DNA of 64,000 nt from Octopus vulgaris (taxonomy: Eukaryota), in contig OX597819.1 in assembly GCA_951406725.2 (NCBI GenBank), positions 90,272,001 to 90,336,000 of the forward strand, written 5' to 3'. Position numbers and translations under genes: made by a program. Positions 52,615 through 64,000 of the stretch are shown one piece after another. The notes beneath the pieces are model-generated. The model had not been told where the DNA came from. It saw nothing but the letters and a program-made list of their open reading frames with translations, and did not search any database. Each line of letters begins with the position of its first letter. Position 1 is the first letter of the stretch.

Positions 52615-53881
52615 TCTAATTAATGAAAACCCTAAAGAAAAAAACTCTTACCAATACCCTATCAAAAAGTAAAAATCACTTTAATCTATGAATTTCAATG
52701 TTATTATTTCACTCTTGTGGTAAAACTTGTCAATTCTACAATTCACATATTTCTTACAGCTGTGAACTGTACCTCCTTATTTATGCATGACTAACTGACA
52801 CATTGAATGCTAAGTGACTTTGGAAGATATACACTTGAGATAGGCCTTTACACTATCAACCTGTCATCCAGTATATTGACATTCCAGCAACTCAGTCAGT
52901 TGTTAATCTACATACTGCAAATATTTAACAACAGGCCAGCCCAGATTGAACAGCTTTGTAATCACAGGCATTCCACCTCTTATTAAGTGTACACAAGACT
53001 ACTTTCTGCAATGTGTTCTTTGCTTTTAAAGACAGTAGCATATAATTTGTGTAAGACTAGCTACTATTTCTTATAGGTTGAGTAACCATGTAGATGCTCC
53101 CTCATTGGTTTGTGTTATTGTGTATTATCAGTTAAAAAAATGTAGCATTGGTTTTACAAAGCAAATAATATAATGTTCAGTACAATGTATATTGATATCT
53201 ATCACATGCTACTGACGTCATCTCAAATGATAATGGTGATATAAGGTCACACATTTTGGGGAGGATATCATTGATTACATTATTCCCAGTATTTGATTGA
53301 TAGTAATAGTCTTTCTTTCTACTATAGGCACAAGACCTGAAATTTTGTGGGGAGCTAGCTAGTTAATTACATAGAACCCAGTGCTCCACTGGTGCTTATT
53401 TCATCAACCCCCAAAAAGATGAAAGGCAAGTTGACCTTAGTGAGATTTGAATTCAGAACATAAAGACAGACGAAATGCTGCTAAGCATTTTGTCCAGCAG
53501 ACTAACAGTTTTGCTACTTACCACCTTCCATGATTAACAGTAATATTAATTTCAAACTTTAGCACAAGGCCAGCAATTTCAAGGATGTCCATGCTTGTTT
53601 TTAAACTTTTAGTTAGCCGTTGTTTCATATGTTCTTTGTATTATAAAGCTTTCCTTTCAAAAGTCTCAAGTTACTCTGGTGATTGAAAAATATTGGGTGT
53701 GTATATAATACATGATGCCTGGAAGCCAGGGAAATATATCCTGTCTATCAAATGTGATACTAAGCTTGGGCAAAGGGTTAAAATATCAAGCTTATTAATA
53801 CAAAACAGTACTGCTTGCCACTGATTGTACTTACTAACTCCATTTGCTCTAGTAATGATATTTTAATTCTATTTTAAAGAC

Positions 53882-54123
53882 TTATTGCCTCTGCTTTAGC
53901 AAAGGCAGAGGTATTGTTTTCAGTTGTGTTTGTTTGTTTGTCCGTGGACAAGATATCTCAAGAACCACTGGATGGATTCGGATGAAACTTTCAGAGATGT
54001 TTGGTCTTATGACTACCACAAACTGATTAGATTTTGGGATCAATCTGGTACCAGACAAGAATAATTCTGGGTTATTTTCCGTGTTTTTTACTTAATTTTT
54101 GAGAGCAGTCAGGTTCATTTTAG
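53882..54123 (+). mobile_element. Helentron-associated (HINE/DINE-1-like) element, 5' part
   Basis: TTATTGCCTCTGCTT-TAGCA-AAGGCAGAGGTA 5' hairpin, (GTTT)n tract, then GGATGGATTCGGATGAAACTTT core. Confidence 0.65.
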
Positions 54124-54891
54124 TGAGATCAAACCAGGAATTGTGTGGTTCCAAAGCAAGCCTCCTAATCAGACAGCTATACTGGTTAAACAATATTATT
54201 TTAGGAAAGAGTATGAGAACTTACTGCCTTTATAAGTCTACCTTTCTTTGAAGCATTCGTAATGAAAATGAGGTAAAAAAATACTCAGTTGTAATCAAGA
54301 ATTAAAGCTTAATTTCTGATTCAATATGTCTAGAACTTACTGCCTTTCTACAGTGCCCACCAATGTTTTCATAATAAAAAAGAAGCAGCTACAAGTGATA
54401 ACATAATCTTTTTCACTCTAGGCACAAGGCCCGAAATTTTGGGGGAGGGGCCCAGTTGATTAGATCGACCCCAGTACACAACTGCTATTTAATTTATCAA
54501 CCCCAAAAGGATGAAAGGCAAAGTCAACCTCAGCAGAATTTGAATTCAGAACATAAAAACAGATAAAATACTGCTAAGTATTTTGCCCGGCATGCTAACA
54601 TTTCTGCCATCTCGCTGCCTTACATGTGTTAATATAATGCCATGCTAACCATGATGAGGTTTGGTACCAAATGCTGAATCTTTCTATTTTGATTGCAAAT
54701 AATTCTCTTGCAATTTGGATTGATTGAACCAGCTAAACTTAATGTGTGTGAAAAATAACAGCAGTTTTTATAGCTGCTATAGTTACAGAAACATAAGAAT
54801 AATACATCATGGAAACCCAACATATTTCTACAGCAAGAACTAATGCACATTCCTGATGAGCTATGTGTTAGCATTCTCTATGAATTGTTAT

Positions 54892-55229
54892 CTGAGACCC
54901 CTTCGGTCACGACACAGACCATGGGATTGCACCTAGAAAGTTACCCTCCCAGGCACAGTCCGGGCAAGGTTGTTTATGGAAGACCAGCAGTCGCCCATGC
55001 ATACCAGCCTCCCCTCTCTACGCCACCTGTGTTATCTAAGGGAAAGGCAACGGCTGATACAGCTTGGCACCTGTGACGTTGCAACTCATTTCTACAGCTG
55101 AGTGAACTGGAGCAACGTGAAATAAAGTGTCTTGCTCAAGAACACAACACACAGCCTGGTCCGGGATTCAAGCTCACAACCTCACGATCATAAGCTCAAC
55201 GCTCTAACCACTGAGCCATGCGCCTTCAC
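54892..55229 (-). mobile_element. Family B SINE with 12-bp TSD
   Basis: ATGAATTGTTAT at 54880-54891 and 55230-55241. Confidence 0.9.
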
Positions 55230-58200
55230 ATGAATTGTTATAGAATTATAATAATGACAATGATTAAGATGATTGTGTTAGTTATAGCAGTAGCAACAAC
55301 AACAACTATAATATTCGAATATAACATTTACTGCTTCTGGGTTCAATCCCACTGCATGGTACTTCAGGCCAGTATCTTCTGCTATTGCCCTAGGCTGACC
55401 AAAGCCTTGTGAGTGAATTTCATAGACAGAATCTGATAGAAACCCATCGTGTGTGTGTGTGTGTGTGTGTATTTGTGCCTCCTTGTCTTGAAATCATATG
55501 ATGGTTGTAAAATGATTGTTACTCTCATACAAGCAGTGTCATTCATTTCCAATATTCTACAAAAACATGTCTGACTATGGGGAAATATTACCTTGTTTAG
55601 AAACAAGTGAGGGTTAGCGAAAGGAAAGGCATCTGGCTGTAGAAAATCTACCCCAGTACTCTGCCCAACCCTTGTAAGCATAGAAAAGTAGACATTAAAA
55701 TGATGATGATGATGATGATGATTTCTTCATACTGACCAATACAAAATTTGTCAGTGCCCCAGTGAAGGAACTGCTACATGGTTGCTGAGCCTGCTAGAAA
55801 TAACAATGTAATATCCCTCAGATCACACACTAGCACCTTTTTTAAAGGCAGTAAAATGTGATATTAGACTGCTACTTTTTTTCTTTTTCTTTTTATAAGA
55901 AAGGGAATATTACACAATATACTTTTAGATATACTATTTAAAGAAAACTATGGGCGTGATAATCGTCAGAACAGCACCTTCTACTATATGTGTGTACACA
56001 CACACACATACACACACACACACATATGCATGCACACATACATATATATATATATACACATACAATGGGCTTCTTTCAGTTTCCTTCTACCAAATCTACT
56101 CACAAGGATTTATCAGCTCAAGGCTATAGTAGATGACACTTGCTTGAGATACCATGTGATGGGACTGAACCTGAAACCATGTGGTTGAGAAGCACACATT
56201 TTACCTCACAGTGATGCCAGTATGTCTGTATTAATATATTATTGTGGACTGGACACATACATAAGGTATCCAGTGTGTCAGTCTTAATCATACATTTGTT
56301 CAGTGTTGTAATTGCTATAATTGGCATGTCTTTTGCCATTTTAAAGACATCAGCTGGTTAAGTAACTTCATTGAAACACTTTAATCTACTCTTATTATGA
56401 TAACAGTAACAAAGGGTTTTTTTTTTTTTAGACAAGTTATCTCCTCACATTCAGAAAACAGAAAATTTAGATGTAATGTTAATAATTTTTCCAAAGACAT
56501 CAGTGGTTAACCCTTTTGTTTAGCCTGTCTAACATCTCTGGTTCTATGATACAAATGCACTGTTTCAAAGTGATCTAAATTAAAACTTTCCATAAAAATT
56601 CCTTGTTAATTTATATTCCAAATGCCTGCTTAATAACGACAAATTTATTTTGCTAAATTCTAAAATATTTTCAAAATTAATTGAAACAAAGGCAGGTAAC
56701 AAAACGGTTAAAGTAAAACTGTTCCATCAAGGGTGTTATTATTGCTGTGGCACTGATTTTTATTATGGTTTATAGGAACCTTATGAACAGTCTCAAGAAG
56801 TTTGAAATGTAGCTTGATAATGTAAGATATTGAGGTGAATTTCTTGACTCTAAAAAAAGCCTTTTTTTTCTTTTTTCTTTCACATAGCAAGATGCTAAAG
56901 AAGGGCATTAAATAATTAAGGTTTATTGCATCTTGATATTTAGCAATCTGATACTGGCAGAACAACAATGAAATGCTGAATAAATGAAAGAAATTATAAT
57001 CCTTTCTCCTCTAGATACAGTGCTTGAAATTTTGGTCGTTGGGTAGTCAATTAGTCAACTGGTATTTATTTTATCAACTCTACAAAGGATGAAAGACAAA
57101 GTCGACCTCAGTGGAATTTGAACTCAGAACTTAAATCTGGACAAAGTGTTGCTAAGCATTTTGTCTGTTGTACTAACAATTCTGCCAACAAAGGGTTATA
57201 ATAATAATAATAATCCTAATTGTTAGATTAACTATTAATTTTAAATATCAATTTTCCACTTAAGCATGGAAGCATCTTAATAAAAACAAATGTGTAGCAA
57301 AAAATATAAACTTTGCTAATACAACCTTTATAGAAATTTACCTTTGCAGTTTTAGTTTTTTAAGGTTTTCTTTTCACCATTTACCATTTGAAAGAATTCC
57401 CTGAATATCTTGTGGCAGTGTTCTTTCACTCCAAGCACTTAACATAATTGAACTTGAAGAATTTGTTGTGCTGTAATCATCCATAGTCCATCATAATCTT
57501 AAACAAGTTAATCAAATCATCCTATTTCCTGAAGCACTATGTGCCTGGTTTATTATTCAGACACGAAATAAAATTGCATTTTGTCAGTTACTCTGTAAAT
57601 GCCTTATGAAAATATTTCCTCTTACAGTCACAAGTTCAACCTCCAGCATTAATCTCTTAAAATATCCTCTCTCATGCACATCGCATAATGGTATCATAAA
57701 AGATAGCGTGTTAGGAGAATAGAAGAAGAATTCTTTACAGGGTGTCAGTCAAATGCAAGCTTAAAGTTGAAACAGTTTAAAATTTCTATAAATGGGGATA
57801 TGATCTGACTGTAGGTCATGTTGAAGTCAATTCGTTTCATTAAGAGGCTTCAGAAAACATTGTCCATTTGATATCAAGGATTTCTTTTTACATAACCTGA
57901 GTTACTGTTATTTATTCTTATAAAGTTATATTGAATTACACTCATTTAGACAATCATGATTTATCTTGATCTAGGATATAAAAAAAGAAGACCAAACACC
58001 GGTGTGACTCTGTGATTAGAAGTTTGTTTCCCAATCATATAGTTCTGGGTTCAGTCCCATTGCATGGCACCTTGGGCAAGTATCTTTGACTACAGTCCCA
58101 AGCCGGCCGAAGGCTTGTGAATGGATTTGACAAACTGAATGAAATTCATTGAAGTTCATCGTATGTATTTGTGCCCCTGACTAGCTCCCATGCTGGTGAC

Positions 58201-58828
58201 ATGTAAAAAGCACACATTACGCCCTTGGAGTGGTTGGCATTAGGAAGGGCATCCAGCTGTAGAAACCTTGCCGGATCAGATTGAAGCATGATACAATCTA
58301 TTGGCTGGCCAGTCCTCAGTCAAACCGTCCAACCCATACCAGCATGGAAAACAGATGTTAAACGATGATAATGATGATGATACATAGGTGGAGGGGGAGG
58401 AGTTACTGCCTCCTTGCTTTGGCATCACATGAGGATTGTAAACAAGTGTTACTATCATACAAGAAGTGTCTTTCATTTCCAGTCTTCTAAAACAACTTTG
58501 GTTACAGGGAAATATTACCTTACTTGCAAACAGGTGAGAGTTGGCAACAGGAAAGGCAAGTGACAATAAAAAAATCCATTTCAACAAATTTGTTTCACCC
58601 ATGCAAGCATAGAAAAGTGGACGTTGAAACAATAATGATGATGATGATGATAATGACCATTTTATAATGGTGCTATTCTAAAACTACCAGATGATAACTT
58701 GGAAACTTACTATAAGCCTTAAATAGCGTAGTTCCATTGATAATTTGATAATTTTTCGTGAATAAGATGGTTACTGAAAACATCCAACAAAGGAGAGTTA
58801 GCAGTCTTCACACATAAATGTAAATATG

Positions 58829-59211
58829 GTTAGCACTCTGTCGGTTACAACGATGAGGGTTCCAGTTGATCCGATCAATGGAACAGCCTGCTCATGAAAT
58901 TAATGTGCAAGTGGCTGAGCACTCCACAGACACATGTACCCTTAATGTAGTTCTCAAGGAGATTCAGCGTGACACAGAGTGTGACAAGGCTGGCCCTTTG
59001 AAATACAGGTACAACAAAAATAGGAAGAAAGAGTGAGAGAAAGTTGTGGTGAAAGAGTACAGCAGGGTTCGCCACCATCCACTGCCAGAGCCTTGTGGAA
59101 CTTTAGGTGTTTTCACTCAATAAACACTCACAACGCTCAGTCTGGGAATCGAAACCGCAATCCTACGACTGCGAGTCCACTGCCCTAACCACTGGGCCAT
59201 TGCACCTCCAC
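58829..59211 (-). mobile_element. tRNA-derived SINE, family D1 (possibly Ceph-SINE-related)
   Basis: Head GGAGGTGCAATGGCCCAGTGGTTAGGGCAG...GGTTTCGATTCCC; approximate TSD AAAT(G/A)TAAATAT. Confidence 0.75.
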
Positions 59212-59254
59212 AAATATAAATATACCGATGCATCAATTGCAAGATGATCAAAAG

Positions 59255-59495
59255 TAATGGTTTTCAACCAGGCTTGTGGGCCATATGGCCATTTTGTTGC
59301 TAAAATTTATGTGCAATAAATTGGTTATAATTCTACAGTGCACAAAATATTTTTTTTATACAGTTCCTAATAATATTTAATTATAAAAATACAGCAGGAT
59401 TTTTCTTTTAATATACATTGAATGGTTATGAAGGTCCAGTAAAGTAAAATAGGAATCAAAGGGGTCCATAAGCAAAAAATTGTTGGGAACCACTG
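59255..59495. mobile_element. hAT-type MITE, same family as 47204-47554 in opposite orientation
   Basis: TAATGGTTTTCAACC / GTTGGGAACCACTG termini; 8-bp flanks ATCAAAAG / ATCTTAAG. Confidence 0.7.
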
Positions 59496-59703
59496 ATCTT
59501 AAGTATGACCTTCTCCATTGTGATGTACTTTATGACAATCTGGAAAGGACTGACTACCAATTAGAAGACTGAAAAACATGGCAAATATGCATGTGCTTTC
59601 ATTCAAGCTGTCCAAATCCTTCTAAACTTCCAGAGAAAAATTACTTACATACTGGAACTTTCTAAATAACTGCTACAATTTTCAAATAATTAAAATTATA
59701 TAT

Positions 59704-60050
59704 TGTTGGCATCCTTTTGTCTCGGGAGACAATGGAGTTGCGCATAAACTAATCCAGTCTAGTTTTTACATTTCATGTCCTCTCCAGTTTTGCGCAGGCC
59801 TGGGCTAGATGTAACAAAATCCTGGGTAGCCCAATCATCAGGTTTCCTCTCTCGATCTTGCTGACATAATCCAAGAGAATGCAGAGCATTACGTTTGGCA
59901 CCAGCTTGGTTGCAGGAGCTGCCGGAAGAGTGTCGAGTCGAACACTAAACTGCCTATGGGGCTCCACTCCAGATTTTTGTGAAGGTTGTCTCCATTGTGT
60001 AACCCTGGATAGGGGCCCACACTGGGTACTGTCAGCCGGAGCCAGCTAAA
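59704..60050. mobile_element. GC-richer interspersed repeat, possibly LINE-UTR- or SINE-derived
   Basis: Abrupt composition shift; TTGGCATCC..TGTCTCGGGAGACAATGGAG and CGTTTGGCACCAGCTTGG motifs look retroposon-like. Family not identified. Confidence 0.4.
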
Positions 60051-60264
60051 AAGATAGCTAAGAGTGATATTTCAAAGCCCAGCTTCAGGAACTTAAAATT
60101 TTATATATAGTGTGTTGTTAAGATCAACTACATTTCTTGTATCATCATTCATGATTTGACAACCTCTATCTACATTTAATTTATTTCCCTTTATTGTTGG
60201 ATATAATTTGTCAAATCCATGTTCGTATGAAAAATGGATGTTGAAAGAAGCTGATACTGCTGCT

Positions 60265-60620
60265 TTGTTTGTCTGTTTGTTGAGCGCCTGGGAGAAGTCC
60301 AAGACATGGTCCTTTGCTGTTCGTAAGACCCACAGAAGAGAAAGCAGGTCAACCCCCGACACAGAGAGCATCGATGGATGAATGCGCATCCAGGCTCAGC
60401 AGTTGCGTAGGAAGTTAGGGACAAGAAACAGGAAGAAAGAGTGAGAGAAAGTTGGAGCGAAAGAGTACAACAGGAGTCGTCACCACCCCCTGCCAGAACC
60501 TCATGGAGCTTTAGGTGTTTTTGCTCAATAAACACACACACAACACCCAGTCTGGGAATCGAAACCATGATTCTCAGATCGCAAGTCCACTGCCCTAACC
60601 ACTGGGCCATTGTGCCTCCT
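60265..60620 (-). mobile_element. tRNA-derived SINE, family D2 (same head as D1, different tail)
   Basis: 60430-60620 aligns with 59020-59210; sequences are unrelated beyond CTCTTTCTTCCT. Confidence 0.8.
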
Positions 60621-60669
60621 GCTACTGCTGCTGATGATGATGGCAACTACAATGACAACAATTATTGTT

Positions 60670-60965
60670 GTTGTTGTTGTTATATGCTATTTTGCAGGTG
60701 ATGTTGTCTTATGGTTTGGTGAAAGTAAATCACCTCAAATCTCAAAAATCTTTCCTTGGATTCTTGCAGAATACAAGACACCACTCTTCTACTAGTGAAC
60801 AAAGTGTGTCTCAGTTCCATTATCATCAGCCTCTTGGGTAGCAGTTTGGACGTCAAGCCAAGTGCACCAATTGCCACTGGAACAACTGTTACCTCTCTCT
60901 TCCCCAATCCCTTAATTTTTCTTGTTTGACCCTGAAATTTTGAAATTTTCTCCATTTCTTTTGTA
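60670..60965 (-). mobile_element. Second, older R4/Dong-like RLE remnant
   Basis: REVTVVPVAIGALGLTSKLL motif; ends in an (AAC)n/(AAT)n tail. Confidence 0.6.
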
Positions 60966-63178
60966 ACCACACTATTATCATATGATATTGCAGAGTCTAT
61001 GAGCTTACAATTTTTTTTTCCCCATTTGGTCCTCTACAATCATATTTGGTCTCCGTGTTTCAATAATATGGTTAGTTTTATGCAGAAATCCCATAAAATC
61101 GTGTTATTAATCACCATCACTGCCTCTAACTCATACCACTTTTATGTCACTTTAAATCTACTCATGCCTTCTTTTACCAATATTGTCACATCTACACTTG
61201 GTAAATTTTTTTGTGTTAGCTTACATAAGAGATGGTTATATTTTGATCTCTTTTTGAATTTAGAAATTCCTCAAGTTTTCTTTTTTATGTTTGCTGTGAA
61301 TTATGACATGTGTGTTCCCTTAACCTTAAGTTTTTTTCTTTTCTCTATATTAACTCTGTAAGGCTCAAAACTTAGTCTATACCTTTTCTTTGTTATGTGT
61401 GTAAAGTGCCATGTTTATGTGTGTGCATGTATGTATGTATAGATACATGTGTGTATTCATAAATATACACATACACACACATTTATGAATTTATGTTGCA
61501 AGATTCCTGATGTGAAGTCATGTGTTGAAACAGATATTGTTTATTTCAGGATGGTCATTTTTTTTTTTGCCAAATAAGCACACACCCTTTATATTTGTTC
61601 TTCACTCATTTATTACTATTCTTATTTTAACTCATGTCCATTGTCTGGAAATCTTTCGTCACACATTTGTAAGTTCCTCAGTGACACTTTCCATCACTAA
61701 TCCTTACCTATTTTTAAATATGGTAAAACTTCCCCATGACCAGACACGTCTTGGAAGATAGGAAATGAAGGATACTGCTTGCATGACAGTGACACTTGTT
61801 TACTACTACCACATGATCTCAAGTCAAGAAGACAGAGATGCACTCACACAAATATGCATACATGCACCCAACCAACACACACACACATACATACATTTTT
61901 AAATATACTTGGGCTTTTTTCAACTTTTGTCTACCAGATTCACTCACAAAGCTTTGGTCAACCTGGGGCTATAGTAGAAAACATTTACCCAAGGTGTCAA
62001 ACTGTGGGATTGAACCCAAAATCAAGTGGTTGAGAAGCAAACTTTTTACAACACAACTAAACCTGTGCTTGTTGAATAAATACACATGCTCCTTTTTATA
62101 ACTCAACTGTTAGAAGTAAGGTCATTTGGTTAAATAAGAGAATTTATCTAATGTATAAACTAAACCACGCATGTAGATCATCATCATCATCATCGTTTAA
62201 CGTCCGCTTTCCATGCTGGCATGGGTTGGACGATTTGACTGAGGACTGGCGAACCAGATGGCTGCACCAGACTCTAATCCGATCTGACAGAGTTTCTACA
62301 GCTGGATGCCCTTCCTGACACCAACCACTTCGAGACTGTAGTGGGTGCTTTTACGTGCCACCAGCATGAAGGCCAGTCAAGTGGTACTGGCAACGGCAAC
62401 GCTCAAATGGTGCTTTTTATGTTCCACCTGCACAGGAGCCAGTCCAGTGGCACTGACAACAACCTCGCTCGAATGTTTTTTTTCAAGTGCCTCCAGCACA
62501 AATGCCAGTAAGGCGACGCAGGTACATCATGTAAAAATGGATATAAACAGTAAAAGAAATATCATCAATAATATCTGGCACTGATGACTGAGCATTAACA
62601 ATTCTTTTATACTAAAGTGTATTTTGATCTACTCAAAAACCATTTCTTTGAAACTATAAAAACTGCTTAGTGAGCTGCAAGTTTTCAGGCAAACTATCAT
62701 AAAATATTCAATTTCATAGATTTGTTTTATTACTGTATTTTCTGGCATACAAGTCAACTTAGTATATAGTACAAACATTCAAATGGCTTCACTATCTTTC
62801 CAAATCCTGCTGCATTTCACATGGAATGTTTGGTCTTTCAAAGTTGTTATGGTGCAGAAGTTGACTACTTTTTTTTTTTGCTGGGGCTGTAAATTTTGGT
62901 CTGAAAAATTTGACTTGTAAGCTCGAAAATATGATAATTCTTTCATTTTGAAACTGATACTCTGATTTATGACATTTTTTTTCATTTTGACGAGTGTTAT
63001 CCTTATTAGATTGTAGCTAAAATTATTTGGCTCAGGGGTCTAAATTCAAACACAGAGATTTCTGTACACTGATTGGATTATAATGTTTGAAATAAAAGTG
63101 CAAATGTAGCTAACAATTTACTAGTCTATTATACAGTTATAACTTCAGGTTATTTATTTCAATTCTGAAACTGAACAC

Positions 63179-63209
<31 letters not shown>

Positions 63210-63378
63210 TCTCTTCTGAAGACAAGTCCATGATGGAAATAGAATCCTAAATTGACTATGACTTATGAAATCGAGGGGAAAAAAATTAACAAAAAATAAA
63301 AACTAATTCCTATAAAATCACCTTAAAAGTGATTCTCCTGAGACACAAAATAAACATATTTTATTTTTTTTATTGCAG

Positions 63379-63407
63379 TTAATGCGGAAGAATTATCTTC
63401 ATGTAAA
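63379..63407 (+). CDS. CPNE: Copine (CPNE5/8/9-like) microexon, 29 nt, (V)NAEELSSCK
   Basis: Acceptor TTATTTTTTTTATTGCAG, donor GTAAGT; phase 1 to phase 0; AEELxxC[KR] is the copine inter-C2 linker motif. Confidence 0.75.
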
Positions 63408-64000
63408 GTAAGTATTAAAATTTCTATTTTATGAAAGAGAAATACTTCATTTCTGTAATTTCTTTTTAAGTTTTACCTTATATGGATATGCTGGTATGAG
63501 ATTAAGCAGTCAAGAGCTTGGAACATTTTATGTCGGGTATAAAATAACTGATGTTGAATGATTTTCTCAGTAATATGACAAAATATACCTTTGATTTTGA
63601 CAGGCTGGTAGTAATTGATTGAAATTATTCTTAAAATAACTTGCAATATGAGAAAAATTAGAGTTAGTAGTATGTGAAGGAAAATGGAGAAAGAAAGAAG
63701 AAAGAAGAAAATAATTTGTATTTGACACCAATGAACTACTTAGAATATGTAAAATGTATTTCAGTGTTGATAAATAGATTATAATGCTCAGAAATGTGTA
63801 TTAAATTTTATATCTTTAGTTTATCCCAAATAAGACTTACAATAATAATTTTTGGGGTGGAATTACTTTTTAATTTCTTGAAAATAATTTTTTTCTTTGA
63901 GAGTTACTGAAACTTAACACTACATTTTTGATTTCTTTTTCTAACTAAGAGACAAGTTTAAATTCATTTGAGGGTATTTTGTTTTTATTTCTCTTTTTCT

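Noticed and set aside
54853-54880. CTGATGA-GCTA-TGTGT-TAGC as a hammerhead
   Set aside because: Stem II is present but followed by ATTC, with no GAAA or stem III.
60698-60724. 27-nt AG/GT-bounded candidate cassette microexon (GTGATGTTGTCTTATGGTTTGGTGAAA)
   Set aside because: Lies in the antisense 3' end of an R4/Dong-like remnant, has a weak donor (GTAAAT) and would interrupt the conserved copine motif.

Overview
AT-rich, CpG-depleted, microsatellite-dense eukaryotic DNA. The repeat content (tRNA-derived SINEs resembling the octopus OK/OR-type families, RTE LINEs, Penelope-like elements) points to an Octopus genome (inference, no database search). Nearly all ORFs in the supplied track are microsatellite or decayed-TE artefacts. 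The only host-gene signal I found is two plus-strand microexons (28627-28658, 32 nt; 63379-63407, 29 nt). They splice in frame to xGPKRDSGVIIVNAEELSSCK, which matches the C2A-C2B linker of CPNE5/8/9-type copines, so the window is probably giant introns of a copine gene. The introns hold a full-length decayed mariner, a structurally intact non-autonomous Helitron, a Helentron-like element, hAT- and piggyBac-type MITEs, RTE/RTEX/CR1/R4-Dong LINE remnants, Penelope-like remnants, at least four SINE families and about nine hammerhead-ribozyme (HHR)-like motifs. The HHRs with intact cores are all antisense to the putative copine transcript and every sense copy I found is mutated, including within two back-to-back inverted HHR pairs. 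All calls were made by eye.
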